Positions 1 to 9,382 of a stretch of DNA of 44,521 nt are shown here, in pieces; positions within the stretch are counted from its first letter, which is position 1; each line of letters begins with the position of its first letter. This DNA is from Candidatus Woesearchaeota archaeon (GTDB lineage Archaea > Nanobdellota > Nanobdellia > Woesearchaeales > UBA11576). A program made the position numbers and the translations under genes. The stretch lies in NCBI GenBank assembly GCA_003695435.1, contig RFJL01000039.1:1-44521 (forward strand). The letters are read 5' to 3'. Under the pieces are notes generated by a model that searched no databases, was not told the origin of the DNA, and worked only from the letters and a program-made list of their open reading frames with translations.

Positions 1-2
1 AA

Positions 3-104
3 GCAGATGACGGATCAAAGGGGAGTGCTGAAAGAGGAGCTGAGGTTGCTCTTTGGCAAACCTACAAAAATTTCAAAGCAAGCCATGGCATGGTCAAATG
101 GTAA
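3..104 (+). CDS. 3' end of a gene running in from the left edge (unknown product)
   Basis: Open frame ADDGSKGSAERGAEVALWQTYKNFKASHGMVKW* ending in TAA 102-104. Frame 1 is also open, so the frame is uncertain. Confidence 0.4.
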   Translation, partial: ADDGSKGSAERGAEVALWQTYKNFKASHGMVKW

Positions 105-152
105 GAACATAATGGTAAGAACATAATGGTAAGAATATAATGGTAACAATAT
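97..152 (+). repeat. Four tandem copies of a 14-bp unit AATGGTAAGAACAT
   Basis: Units at 97, 111, 125 (AATGGTAAGAATAT) and 139 (AATGGTAACAATAT). Confidence 0.95.
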
Positions 153-892
153 CCTACAAACAAAAACAAATGCGAAACGCGCCAAAACAAATCACACAAC
201 AACTCGGAGATATAGTACGTCAAGCAAAAACCATCAAGGGAATCTACTCACTCATCCTAGTAAACCCCTTTGATCAAGAACATCACCAAATACTCTGCAT
301 TATTGAAGATAACAACAAGGTTGCGGAAAAAAAAGCACTTGAACTAAGCTCATCATTTTGTACTGCGAAAACTATTTTTTGGTCACATTTTTGGCTTCAC
401 TTGAACAACAAGAACGCAATTGTTCTTGAATATCTTCGCAAAGGAGCAATTCTCTTTGACAACGGATACGCATCCCCCCTACAAGAACTTCTCTTTCAAG
501 GAAAACTTCGACCAAGCAAAGAAGCAACTTGGAATGAAATGCTTGCAAGCCAAGAAGCAATGAAACGAGCAAATAATCACATCAAACAAGCAGTTGTAGA
601 TCTCTACTGGTGCATGGTTGACTGCGCTCACGCTCTTCTTGCAACTCTTGGAGAAGTAGCACCTTCTCCAAAAAACATGAAAACTCTTCTTAATGAAAAA
701 GTCGTAAAAAGAAACCTACTCAGAAAAGAACACGTTGATAACTTTGAAGAAGTATTTTTAGTGGCAAAACGAATTGATCACGGCGAAGTCTTTGAACTAT
801 CTGGAAGAGATTATGAAGAACTTGAGAAAAAAGCTCAACACTTCCTCACAGATGTTAAAGAACTCATTAAGGAATTAAGCAAAATCTCCTGA
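140..892 (+). CDS. Degenerate nucleotidyltransferase (MNT)-HEPN-like protein, paralogue of 2915..3706
   Basis: Shares LR.G..LFD.G, P(S/T).E, LYW.M...AHA.L, P.P and EL(S).R.Y blocks with 2915..3706 but lacks the GS..DxD catalytic motif. Confidence 0.7.
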   Translation: MVTISYKQKQMRNAPKQITQQLGDIVRQAKTIKGIYSLILVNPFDQEHHQILCIIEDNNKVAEKKALELSSSFCTAKTIFWSHFWLHLNNKNAIVLEYLRKGAILFDNGYASPLQELLFQGKLRPSKEATWNEMLASQEAMKRANNHIKQAVVDLYWCMVDCAHALLATLGEVAPSPKNMKTLLNEKVVKRNLLRKEHVDNFEEVFLVAKRIDHGEVFELSGRDYEELEKKAQHFLTDVKELIKELSKIS

Positions 893-1003
893 GCATAACC
901 TACAAAAATGTCACACTAACCATATAAACAATACGTGCATAAGTATAAAAAACTGATCGCACAAGCAATAACATAATAACATTGCTCCCACTAACCTAAG
1001 ATC

Positions 1004-2866
1004 ATGGAATTCCACAAGCCCTACTACAGTCCCCTTGATGAAGGTTTTCACGAGGCAAAGCCACTCTACTCCAAGCCTACACTAGAGCAACCTATCTTCT
1101 CCGCAAAAGAAATAGGAACAACAGTTCCCGAGTCCATTGGGGGACAAGGAAACTTCATTCAAAACATTGAATCCCAAATCCGAATGGGTACGGGAACCAT
1201 GCAACTTGTTCTTACCACTTCACACATGCAACAACTCATGGGACGTATGAAAGCATACGGAAAAGAAGCAAGAGAACAAATGAGAGAACTTGCCCAAGCA
1301 GCAGGGGTGACTATTTCAGGAATAGAGATGCCTACCTCTTCCATGACAAACCTTTCAGGATTTGATCAACGCTCAGGCGCAGTAAGCGAACAGCTACGCA
1401 GATCCTCCATGGACGAAGCAAAAGAAGCAATTCGCTTCATTGGAGAAGTAGGTGGAGGAGGCGGAGTTGATATTTGGTCACAAGAATTTGCAAGATCCAT
1501 TAACGAAGCAAACTACGAATCTGATGTCGTTTTCAAAGGCCATGAGCCCGAAGAGCAACAAAGCATAGGACTTGTAGTGGATACAGAAACAGGAAAAATA
1601 GTAGCAGATCTTAACAAATCAACACAAGTTCCACGTCTCAAATACCGAAGAGACGCTCAAGGATACTTCATTGATGAGAATGGCAATCGTATAACTGATT
1701 TCCATGATTTTGACAAAAGAGCAGTAGAAGTTGATGAACAAGGAAACTACCAAACAGAAGTCGTTACGTGGAGAGAAGTTCAAGAAGAAGCTCAAAAATG
1801 GAACCAACTCACAGGACAAGATTTGCGTCCAGAAGAATTCTTTGTGCGAGAACAAGTTGCAAGCCAACTCACACAAGGAAGAGCACAGCGTCTGCAAATG
1901 GAAGATCAACTTGATGAAATCAATCGCATAGTTGAAAATCTTAAACAAAATCTTCCCCCTCAAGAAGCAGAGTCAAAGATAAGATACTATGAACAGCGAA
2001 AAAAAGAGCTTGCAGAAGCAGTAGCACTCTCCAAACAACAAGAAGAACTACAAAAACAAAAACTAGACAAATACGAATCACTTCACCGATACGCAAAAGA
2101 AAAATCTATTGAAGGATACGCAGAGCTTGGAATAGAAGCCCTAAAAACACAAAAACAACTCGCAGATAAAATAACACATGATCTCTACGTCGGACCTGAG
2201 CTAGGATGGCCAACAGCATGGGGAGGGCACCCCCGCGAATTTACTGAGCTCATCAAAGGCGCAAGAGAAAAAATGGCAAAAAAACTCCAAGAAGAAGGAT
2301 ACAAAGAAAAAGAAGCCCGCGAACTAGCAAAAAAACACATCAAAGGATGCTTTGATACTTCTCACCTTGCCATGTGGTTTGATTACATGGACTGGAAATC
2401 CTTAGGACTAGAAAACGCACCACATGAGAAAAAACTAGAAGCATTCAACAAATGGTTCATGAAAGAAGTTGATTACATGGCAAAAGAAGGAGTTATTGGA
2501 AGTGTACAAGCAGTAGACTCCATGTCAGGAGCACACTCCCACCTCCCGCCAGGTCAAGGAGTATTTCCTGTTGTTGACGCAGTAGTACATCTCAAAAAAC
2601 AAGGATGGGAAGGACCAATCGTCTCAGAAGGACACGAAGAAGAAGGACTCACCAAGGGAAGAATCCAACTTGAGGCGTGGAGAGCTTTTGGAGCGGATGT
2701 TGGCGGAGGATTAGGGTATCATCGCCACTCAGGAACCCAACCTGAACTATGGACTGATGTTGCAGGAAGTTACTTCGGGCGCACAAATCCTCCCAATTAC
2801 ATTTTTGGAAACTATGCTCCAGACCCTCAAGAGTGGGTGTTTTGGAGCGGGGTGCCTCTTGAGTGA
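1004..2866 (+). CDS. Xylose-isomerase/AP-endonuclease-2-like TIM-barrel protein with a large coiled-coil insertion
   Basis: Metal-ligand-like motifs GPE, FDTSH, DSMSGAHSHLPPGQG and VSEG. The Q/E/K-rich helical insert spans about aa 255-390. Confidence 0.7.
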   Translation: MEFHKPYYSPLDEGFHEAKPLYSKPTLEQPIFSAKEIGTTVPESIGGQGNFIQNIESQIRMGTGTMQLVLTTSHMQQLMGRMKAYGKEAREQMRELAQAAGVTISGIEMPTSSMTNLSGFDQRSGAVSEQLRRSSMDEAKEAIRFIGEVGGGGGVDIWSQEFARSINEANYESDVVFKGHEPEEQQSIGLVVDTETGKIVADLNKSTQVPRLKYRRDAQGYFIDENGNRITDFHDFDKRAVEVDEQGNYQTEVVTWREVQEEAQKWNQLTGQDLRPEEFFVREQVASQLTQGRAQRLQMEDQLDEINRIVENLKQNLPPQEAESKIRYYEQRKKELAEAVALSKQQEELQKQKLDKYESLHRYAKEKSIEGYAELGIEALKTQKQLADKITHDLYVGPELGWPTAWGGHPREFTELIKGAREKMAKKLQEEGYKEKEARELAKKHIKGCFDTSHLAMWFDYMDWKSLGLENAPHEKKLEAFNKWFMKEVDYMAKEGVIGSVQAVDSMSGAHSHLPPGQGVFPVVDAVVHLKKQGWEGPIVSEGHEEEGLTKGRIQLEAWRAFGADVGGGLGYHRHSGTQPELWTDVAGSYFGRTNPPNYIFGNYAPDPQEWVFWSGVPLE

Positions 2867-2914
2867 GCACGTAGATAATCAAAATTATTAACTACAATCA
2901 TGTGAGAATCTATT

Positions 2915-3706
2915 ATGAATGAAGAACAATCAGAACAACACTCCGCACAAAAACTCGTCAAACAATTTTCAGATGACATAGTACGAGAAGCGCCAGACCT
3001 CCTCAAAGCAGTCGTGCATTTCGGATCAACCACAAACACTAAAACAAAGCTTCTAGGATCAGATATTGATGTTCTTCTCATCGTTGATGACTTAGTGCGT
3101 GTAATGAGTCCTGAGGTTATTCAAGGTTTCAGAGTGATCGTGGAAAGAGTTGCATCCTCAATAAGTCCTCGTTTTCACATAAACACCATGCGTATTACTC
3201 AATTCTGGGAGTATGCTAGGAAAGGAGACCCTCTTCTCGTAAACATCTTAAGAGAAGGTATGATTGTGTTTGATACTGGAGTGTTTGCAACAGCACAAAA
3301 AATGTTCAAAGATGATATGATCAAACCAACAGAAGAGGTGGTGTTTAGTTACCTTTCTAATGCTCCTAAAATCCTTAACAACGCGAAGTGGCATGTAACA
3401 AGAGCAGTTATGTCTCTTTACTGGTCAATGCTTCACTCAGCACATGCAGCACTCCTCGCACATGACATCGTTCCTCATGCACCTCAACAAGTAGGGGACT
3501 TAATCGAAGAATACTTTGTAGAACCTCTTGAAATAGAAGAACACTATCTTGACATTTACAGGCATCTCGAAGATTTCATGACGCACATCGGAAAAAGAGA
3601 AATTATGACGGCGAGCCCTCAAGAATATGATCGCATGCATGAAAAAGTAGAACTTTTCAATAAGAAAATGGAAGAACTCGTCATGCGAAAAGAACTCAAA
3701 ATATAA
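2915..3706 (+). CDS. Nucleotidyltransferase (MNT) + HEPN-like helical domain protein
   Basis: Pol-beta superfamily motif VVHFGS...SDIDVLLIVDD, then a HEPN-like helical domain (LYWSMLHSAHAALL). Confidence 0.8.
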   Translation: MNEEQSEQHSAQKLVKQFSDDIVREAPDLLKAVVHFGSTTNTKTKLLGSDIDVLLIVDDLVRVMSPEVIQGFRVIVERVASSISPRFHINTMRITQFWEYARKGDPLLVNILREGMIVFDTGVFATAQKMFKDDMIKPTEEVVFSYLSNAPKILNNAKWHVTRAVMSLYWSMLHSAHAALLAHDIVPHAPQQVGDLIEEYFVEPLEIEEHYLDIYRHLEDFMTHIGKREIMTASPQEYDRMHEKVELFNKKMEELVMRKELKI

Positions 3707-3781
3707 TGCTTCAAAGAGCACATAACTGCGCCTCCACAGCGCGAGGAAAGGCATTTAAAGAAGCTACCTATGAGAATAACT

Positions 3782-4510
3782 ATGAAAGACAATAAAATAC
3801 AACAAATACTTATTCTGGGCGTTGTGCTCTTAGCGCTTCTTGTCGCTGCAAAGTTTCTCTTCATACCTGCAACAATTGATGCAAGAACCATTAATGCAGA
3901 GGGAACAGCACAGATGACTGCCCAACCAGATGAGGCACAAATCTATGTTCGCATACACGTACTCGAACAAACTGCAGAACTTGCAGCAAGCAAGAGCAAA
4001 GAAGCCGCAAATAATGTTGTAAACGCACTTAAAAAGATTGAAGGCGTTCAAGTAGAGACCACAAATTATAACATCTACAAACGTGAAGACTGGACAGAAA
4101 ACGGACAAGAGTTCAAGGGATACGAGGCAACGTACACTATCAAAGCAACCACTCAAAACCTTGATCGAGTAGGAGAGATCATTGACACCGCAGTAGATAG
4201 TGGTGCAAATGGCATTGATTCAGTACAGTTCACGCTCTCAAAAGAAAAAGAAGAAGAACTACGTGCTCAAGCAATTAAGAAGGCTGCACAAACTGCAAAA
4301 ATGAAAGCACAAGCAACTGCAGAAGGTCTAGGAGTTAAACTTGGAAAGATCATCGCGGTTAATGAAGGTGGCTTTTATGCTCAGCCCTACTTCTACGATC
4401 GTGCGGAAAGCCTTATCGCAGAAGCAAAAGCACAAAGCGCACCTCTTGTAATTGAGCCGGGATCTATTCACGTTTCAGCATCAGTAAGCGTGACGTACGA
4501 GATCAAGTAA
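3782..4510 (+). CDS. SIMPL (DUF541/YggE-like) domain protein
   Basis: N-terminal TM, TINAEGTAQMTAQPDEA, IIDTAVDSGAN, PGSIHVSASVSVTYEIK. Start placed at 3782, about 22 nt after TTTAAAG; 3770 is also possible. Confidence 0.9.
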   Translation: MKDNKIQQILILGVVLLALLVAAKFLFIPATIDARTINAEGTAQMTAQPDEAQIYVRIHVLEQTAELAASKSKEAANNVVNALKKIEGVQVETTNYNIYKREDWTENGQEFKGYEATYTIKATTQNLDRVGEIIDTAVDSGANGIDSVQFTLSKEKEEELRAQAIKKAAQTAKMKAQATAEGLGVKLGKIIAVNEGGFYAQPYFYDRAESLIAEAKAQSAPLVIEPGSIHVSASVSVTYEIK

Positions 4511-4637
4511 GAAGAGAGAGTAACACGAGATATGCAGTTTACTTTCATTAATCTTTTCCATTTTTTTAGGGATCTTTGATTCTTTTGTTCTTATGGTGGC
4601 GGTATAGTAAAGATATACTTTATCGTGGAGGGACTAC

Positions 4638-4994
4638 TTACTTTGGTGAGTAGCTTTGCAAATCACGTTTCATGTAGTTTGAATTATTGTGCTCTTTTGA
4701 AAGATAGGGCATCATTGCTTCTAGTACGGGTTCAAGATAGCATAATCGCAGGGAATAACTTCCATTGTTATGGACGTCAAGAGCGATTTCGTATGGCTTT
4801 GTCTGTTCAATAAACTCGTAAAGTGCAGAGTCTTGTTGCAGCAATCCATAAAGAGGAGACTCTTCAAGAAGCGCAGGATAATAAAGCGCGTAGGGTTGCT
4901 GTTCCTCTGCGTGAGGAGCATAAGTGGTATCGGCCGCTTGAAAGCGGGGAATGCTTGTGGTGTTGATGGTTTGTTCTAAATTAGGTGTATTCAT
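4638..4994 (-). CDS. Hypothetical protein
   Basis: 118-aa ORF preceded by a strong GGAGGTG ribosome-binding site. Confidence 0.65.
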   Translation of the reverse strand: MNTPNLEQTINTTSIPRFQAADTTYAPHAEEQQPYALYYPALLEESPLYGLLQQDSALYEFIEQTKPYEIALDVHNNGSYSLRLCYLEPVLEAMMPYLSKEHNNSNYMKRDLQSYSPK

Positions 4995-5052
4995 GATAGT
5001 ACACCTCCGTTGTCTTATTTTTCTCTTACAAGAATGATGAAGTTTTCTAGCG

Positions 5053-5178
5053 TTATAAACACTTATTTGGTAAACTGGGTAGTACTGTGACAGTTTCGTC
5101 AGCTTCTTCTTCGTTCTTTTCTTCTGATTTTTTCTCTTCAGATTTCTTTTCTTCTGAGCTCTTCAATTGTTGATACAT
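5053..5178 (-). CDS. Possible small charged peptide with SEEKK repeats (41 aa)
   Basis: MYQQLKSSEEKKSEEKKSEEKNEEEADETVTVLPSLPNKCL; co-oriented with neighbours. Confidence 0.3.
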   Translation of the reverse strand: MYQQLKSSEEKKSEEKKSEEKNEEEADETVTVLPSLPNKCL

Positions 5179-5189
5179 AACTTGCAGGG

Positions 5190-5270
5190 CTATTTTTTTA
5201 CGTAGAATGGGGGATTTGGAAATGGTGGTGGTTGTGGTGGTTGTGGTGATTGTAGGTGGGGGTGATGCAT
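5190..5270 (-). CDS. Possible proline-rich peptide (26 aa)
   Basis: MHHPHLQSPQPPQPPPFPNPPFYVKK*, preceded by AAAGGGGGGAACGAAGAA and an upstream TTTATAAA box. Confidence 0.35.
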   Translation of the reverse strand: MHHPHLQSPQPPQPPPFPNPPFYVKK

Positions 5271-5431
5271 TTCTTCGTTCCCCCCTTTCTTTGTTCTTCA
5301 ACCTCTTTTCATTTATAAAGTTTATAAATAACAGGGGTTCGTGTGCACACCACTTACAACCCAACAGATATACCACTTTACAGTAGTTATTTTGGGAATG
5401 TTTATATATGGGTGGTGTAAAATAAAGCTCT

Positions 5432-7138
5432 ATGAATAGAACAATCTTCACACAAATCCTGGTGATTTGTCTTTTTCTACTTACTTTGCAGACCATAAGT
5501 GCACAAAATAACGTTGCACCGATACTCGATGAAATTTCCAATCTCACACTAACAGAAGGCATTCAAGCAAACATTACCTTTCATGCAACTGACGCTGACA
5601 ACGATACGCTCACCTATGCAAAGAACATCGCATTTGCAAATGAAACCTTCAACGCTTCAAGCGGTCTTTGGACGTTCACACCAAACGCAAGCGAAGTAGG
5701 AGTCTACACTGTTCTTGCAAGCGTAGGGGATGGTAATAATGGTACTGACTCACAAACATTCACCATTACGGTTACGTCTTCAAATACTACTTCAAACACA
5801 TCCTCTTCAAATGCTTCTTCCAACACAGCACCTCAAATTGCACCCATCGAAGATCAAATAGCCATAGTAAACACCACTTTTACCTACCAAGTCATTGCAA
5901 CAGATGCAGAAAATGATACACTCAACTACTCCTCAAACGTTCCCATTGACCAATCTGGGCTCATTGAATACGTTCCCCTCCAAGTGCAAACCAAAAACAT
6001 CACCGTTACTGTCTGTGACTATGAACTTTGCACAATAGAGTCCTTCCTCCTTCAAGTATCAGAAGATCCCTTCGCACAAAACAACAATCAAAACAATAAT
6101 CAAACAAACCAATCAAATCAAACACAACAAGAACAAGCAATGCGCTTTAAAGATATCACAGTAGAAGTTGATGGCAACAAAGATTCAAGCGCAAATGAAA
6201 ATGGAGGAACCATAGACAAAGACGTAAAACCAGGATCAACTGTTAGCTTTGAAATGGAAATTGAAAACCTTCTTGACATCGACATAGAAGATGTTGAAAT
6301 CACCCTTACCGTCTACGATATCGATGATGGTGACGATATTGAAGAAGATACAGAAATAGATAAAATCCGCGATGGAAAAGATGAATCAGCAACGCTTAGC
6401 TTTAAAGTACCTCTTGAACTAGATGAAGACTCCTATGATGTCCGCCTCGTCGCAGAAGGAGAAGACGAAGAAGGGAACAGCCACGAAATATCCGTAACAT
6501 ATACTCTTGAAATTGACAAAGATGATGATGACATTCGTATCCTCAACCTTGATCTGGACCCACAAAGACTCTCTTGTAATAGACAAACCTCGCTTGACCT
6601 AGAGATCATCAACGTAGGAGAAGATGATCAAGAAGACGTCAAGGTCAAAGTCTTCTCAACAGCACTAGGCATTCGTGAAGAACGCACAGGAATAGATCTT
6701 GAAGCAGACCCTGATGATGATAACAAGTGGGAAGGCAGATTCAACATCGAAATAAGCAACCAACAAAAACAAGGAACATACCCTCTTACTGTTGAAGTCT
6801 ACTACGAAGACGGATCTCTTGCCCAACGAGAATCATTAACCGTACAGGTAAGCAATTGCGCTGCAAGCAATACTAACTCAGGATCAACTGGTTCCGGGAC
6901 AGCCAGTTCAAGCAAATCATCAGCAAGCACGTCTGGAACAGACTCCTCAGAAGTTATCGTACTATATGGTGGTTCAACAACAGGAATTGCCACACAACCA
7001 GGAGCATACGCGAAAAATACCAAAACCACCTCCGCAATTCTTAACGAAGAGAGCTACACCATCATTCTCGGAGCGCTCATTATTCTCTGCCTTACAGGAA
7101 TTTTCTGGGCAGGAAAGATCCTAAGAACCTGGAAGTAA
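5432..7138 (+). CDS. Secreted, C-terminally anchored surface/S-layer-like protein with cadherin/Ig-like and CARDB-like domains
   Basis: Signal peptide, two N.AP.I..I / ATDADND.L.Y cadherin-like repeats, acidic beta-sandwich domains, S/T/N linkers, many N-x-S/T sequons, C-terminal TM. Confidence 0.8.
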   Translation: MNRTIFTQILVICLFLLTLQTISAQNNVAPILDEISNLTLTEGIQANITFHATDADNDTLTYAKNIAFANETFNASSGLWTFTPNASEVGVYTVLASVGDGNNGTDSQTFTITVTSSNTTSNTSSSNASSNTAPQIAPIEDQIAIVNTTFTYQVIATDAENDTLNYSSNVPIDQSGLIEYVPLQVQTKNITVTVCDYELCTIESFLLQVSEDPFAQNNNQNNNQTNQSNQTQQEQAMRFKDITVEVDGNKDSSANENGGTIDKDVKPGSTVSFEMEIENLLDIDIEDVEITLTVYDIDDGDDIEEDTEIDKIRDGKDESATLSFKVPLELDEDSYDVRLVAEGEDEEGNSHEISVTYTLEIDKDDDDIRILNLDLDPQRLSCNRQTSLDLEIINVGEDDQEDVKVKVFSTALGIREERTGIDLEADPDDDNKWEGRFNIEISNQQKQGTYPLTVEVYYEDGSLAQRESLTVQVSNCAASNTNSGSTGSGTASSSKSSASTSGTDSSEVIVLYGGSTTGIATQPGAYAKNTKTTSAILNEESYTIILGALIILCLTGIFWAGKILRTWK

Positions 7139-7233
7139 GGCACTATAACAAAATAAGGTGTTTAACAAAATAGTGCGTTTACGCACACCGCTACACACCG
7201 TTCGTTTGTGCAGTTAGCTTTAAAGAAAAAGGA

Positions 7234-8625
7234 CTATTGTTTCATACTCATAAATGCTTCTCTTGCATTTCTCGCCGCGTTTCGCACAATTTCAGGAAGA
7301 GCGGGGTGAATGTAAATCATCTCAAGAAGATCATCAAGTTTTGCTTTTTTCGTCATCGCATAGATTAATTGATGAATCATCGTCGCAGCTTCATCACCTA
7401 TGATATGCGCTCCGATAAGGCGTTTTTTCCTATCAAAAATAAGTTTACAAAAACCATGATCTGATAATCTTGCCATACCCATAGCACTTTTCTGATATGG
7501 ATTTAGACCAACAACGTAATCTTTTCCTCGCACTTTATTCAGTTTAATGAGCTCATCCTCAGTAACGCCAACCCCTGCAAATTCTGGTTGTGTGAACATT
7601 GCATGAGGCATGGGAGGATACTTAATCTTTCTTGGAATAATGCGTTTGTACAAGTTTTCAAAAAGGTATTCGCCTTGAAAATTTGCAGCATGCCTGAACA
7701 TAAACTTACCAATAACATCTCCTAGTGCGTACACTCCCTTAACGGAAGTTTCCAAATAGTCATCAACTTCTATAAACCCTCTTTTATTTGTTCTAATTCT
7801 TGTTTTATCAAGACCAAGATCATCAGTGTTGGGAACAACACCAACAGCAACAAGCAAAGCATCTCCTTTCGTCTTGAAACGCTTACCTTTATGCTCATAG
7901 GTCAGAGTAAATTGTTTTCGTTTATACTCTACCTTAAGAGGAGTGGAGTCAAGATGTACAGTGTGTCGTTTAGTAAACACTTTTGTAAATTCTTCACGAA
8001 TGTCTTTATCTTCGTGTGAGATAAGATCTGTTCGTACAATGAATTCTACTTCGCTTCCAAGCATAGCATAGGCAGCTCCAAGCTCGCAAGCAATATATCC
8101 TCCCCCAATAACGATAAGCTTCTTAGGAAGCACTTTGTTCTTAAGTGCTTGTGTGCTCGTCATGAAAGGAGTACCTTCAAGACCTTCAATATCAGGTATT
8201 CTTGGTCTTGCGCCTGTAGCAAGAACAATTTTTCGTGCAGTGATCTGCGTATTACCAACTTGCAGCACTTTATCCGAGATAAAACGTGCTTCGTAAGGGT
8301 AGAAGTCAAAATTCTTTGCAGCAACATACCTTTTTCGAATCGCCTCAGACTCTTCACTGACAGTTGCGTTGATACGCTCAATAATCTCCTTGAAATAAAC
8401 TTTTCCTATCTTTGCTTTGGCGCCAAACTTTTCAAGATTTCTTGCAGCCTCAATTTGTTCAGCAGGGTAGATGAGCATTTTAGAAGGAATACAACCTCTG
8501 TTAAGACAAACACCGCCAAGTTCTGCTTTTTCAACAATTGCAACTTTCTTACCTAAGTGTATTGCAGGAACAGAAACCTTTGATCCCGCACCAGAACCTA
8601 CCACGATTAAATCATAAACCTTCAT
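7234..8625 (-). CDS. Class I pyridine nucleotide-disulfide oxidoreductase (dihydrolipoyl dehydrogenase/mycothione reductase family)
   Basis: GSGAG FAD motif, GGVCLNRGCIPSK redox disulfide, IGGGYIACE, GVYALGD, HPALPE. Confidence 0.92.
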   Translation of the reverse strand: MKVYDLIVVGSGAGSKVSVPAIHLGKKVAIVEKAELGGVCLNRGCIPSKMLIYPAEQIEAARNLEKFGAKAKIGKVYFKEIIERINATVSEESEAIRKRYVAAKNFDFYPYEARFISDKVLQVGNTQITARKIVLATGARPRIPDIEGLEGTPFMTSTQALKNKVLPKKLIVIGGGYIACELGAAYAMLGSEVEFIVRTDLISHEDKDIREEFTKVFTKRHTVHLDSTPLKVEYKRKQFTLTYEHKGKRFKTKGDALLVAVGVVPNTDDLGLDKTRIRTNKRGFIEVDDYLETSVKGVYALGDVIGKFMFRHAANFQGEYLFENLYKRIIPRKIKYPPMPHAMFTQPEFAGVGVTEDELIKLNKVRGKDYVVGLNPYQKSAMGMARLSDHGFCKLIFDRKKRLIGAHIIGDEAATMIHQLIYAMTKKAKLDDLLEMIYIHPALPEIVRNAARNAREAFMSMKQ

Positions 8626-8673
8626 AATGCGTTTGAATGGGCAAGAGTATTTAAGAATGTTTTGAAAAAAATC

Positions 8674-9351
8674 TCACCACTTGTTAAGTTTTCTAAACTT
8701 CTTAATAACGCTAACAATAAATCCTTGTTTTTTTAACTTAAAATAAACCCAGGACGCGACGCTAACAACTAACGCACCAAGTCCATCAACGATGAGATCC
8801 CCCATGGTGTCCATAAGACCTGATTTCTGCATTGATGTTCCAAATAGCTGATCCATGGTGAACTCAAAAATTTCCCACAAAGTACCCATTGCAAGTGCGA
8901 AACTGAAAATGAAGAGTGCTGTGAGGATAGGGCTCGTTTTGAGTTTTTTCTCCTTCGTAAGCAAATAGAGAAGAAGAAATCCACACAGACCTAAACCAAT
9001 ACCCGATCCCGCGTGAAGAACCAAATCCCACCACCAAAAACGAGTATAATAACTATGAATCTCGCCCAAAAAAAGCGAAGCATAAATGAAAAGAGTAACA
9101 AAAAATTCAAACTCAATAGGGAAATGAATGCGGTAATTTCTCTCAATAATTGACGGCATGGCACAAAGAAAAAATGCAAGCGAACTTACGAATAAAGTAA
9201 ACCACTGTTGGTGCCACGCAGCCCACGCAATAGCAAAGGCGAGAACAACACGAAGAAACACCGATGCGTAAAATAAGGTCCTCTCAGCGCGACTCATGGG
9301 CAAAGGATGATCAGACGAGAAGAGAATGTGCAAGTACTCTTTAAGGTTCAT
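8674..9351 (-). CDS. Integral membrane protein (DUF2238/YjdF-like)
   Basis: About 6 TMs; WWWDLVLH, LWEIFEF and DTMGDLIVD motifs. Confidence 0.75.
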   Translation of the reverse strand: MNLKEYLHILFSSDHPLPMSRAERTLFYASVFLRVVLAFAIAWAAWHQQWFTLFVSSLAFFLCAMPSIIERNYRIHFPIEFEFFVTLFIYASLFLGEIHSYYTRFWWWDLVLHAGSGIGLGLCGFLLLYLLTKEKKLKTSPILTALFIFSFALAMGTLWEIFEFTMDQLFGTSMQKSGLMDTMGDLIVDGLGALVVSVASWVYFKLKKQGFIVSVIKKFRKLNKW

Positions 9352-9382
9352 AGTGTGTTCTCAAAGAAGACCTCTATATAAT

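Noticed and set aside
97..152. CRISPR array
   Set aside because: Repeats are 14 bp and contiguous, with no spacers and no cas genes.
5206..5265. Plus-strand GGGCGGCGDC Cys/Gly peptide
   Set aside because: An in-frame TAG lies immediately upstream and there is no start codon.
5053..5562. 169-aa minus-strand ORF from the track
   Set aside because: It overlaps the surface-protein gene and its promoter; only the 3' part is plausible as a small gene.
7146..7172. TAACAAAATA repeat between convergent genes
   Set aside because: Short and AT-rich; probably minus-strand T-tract terminators or slippage.
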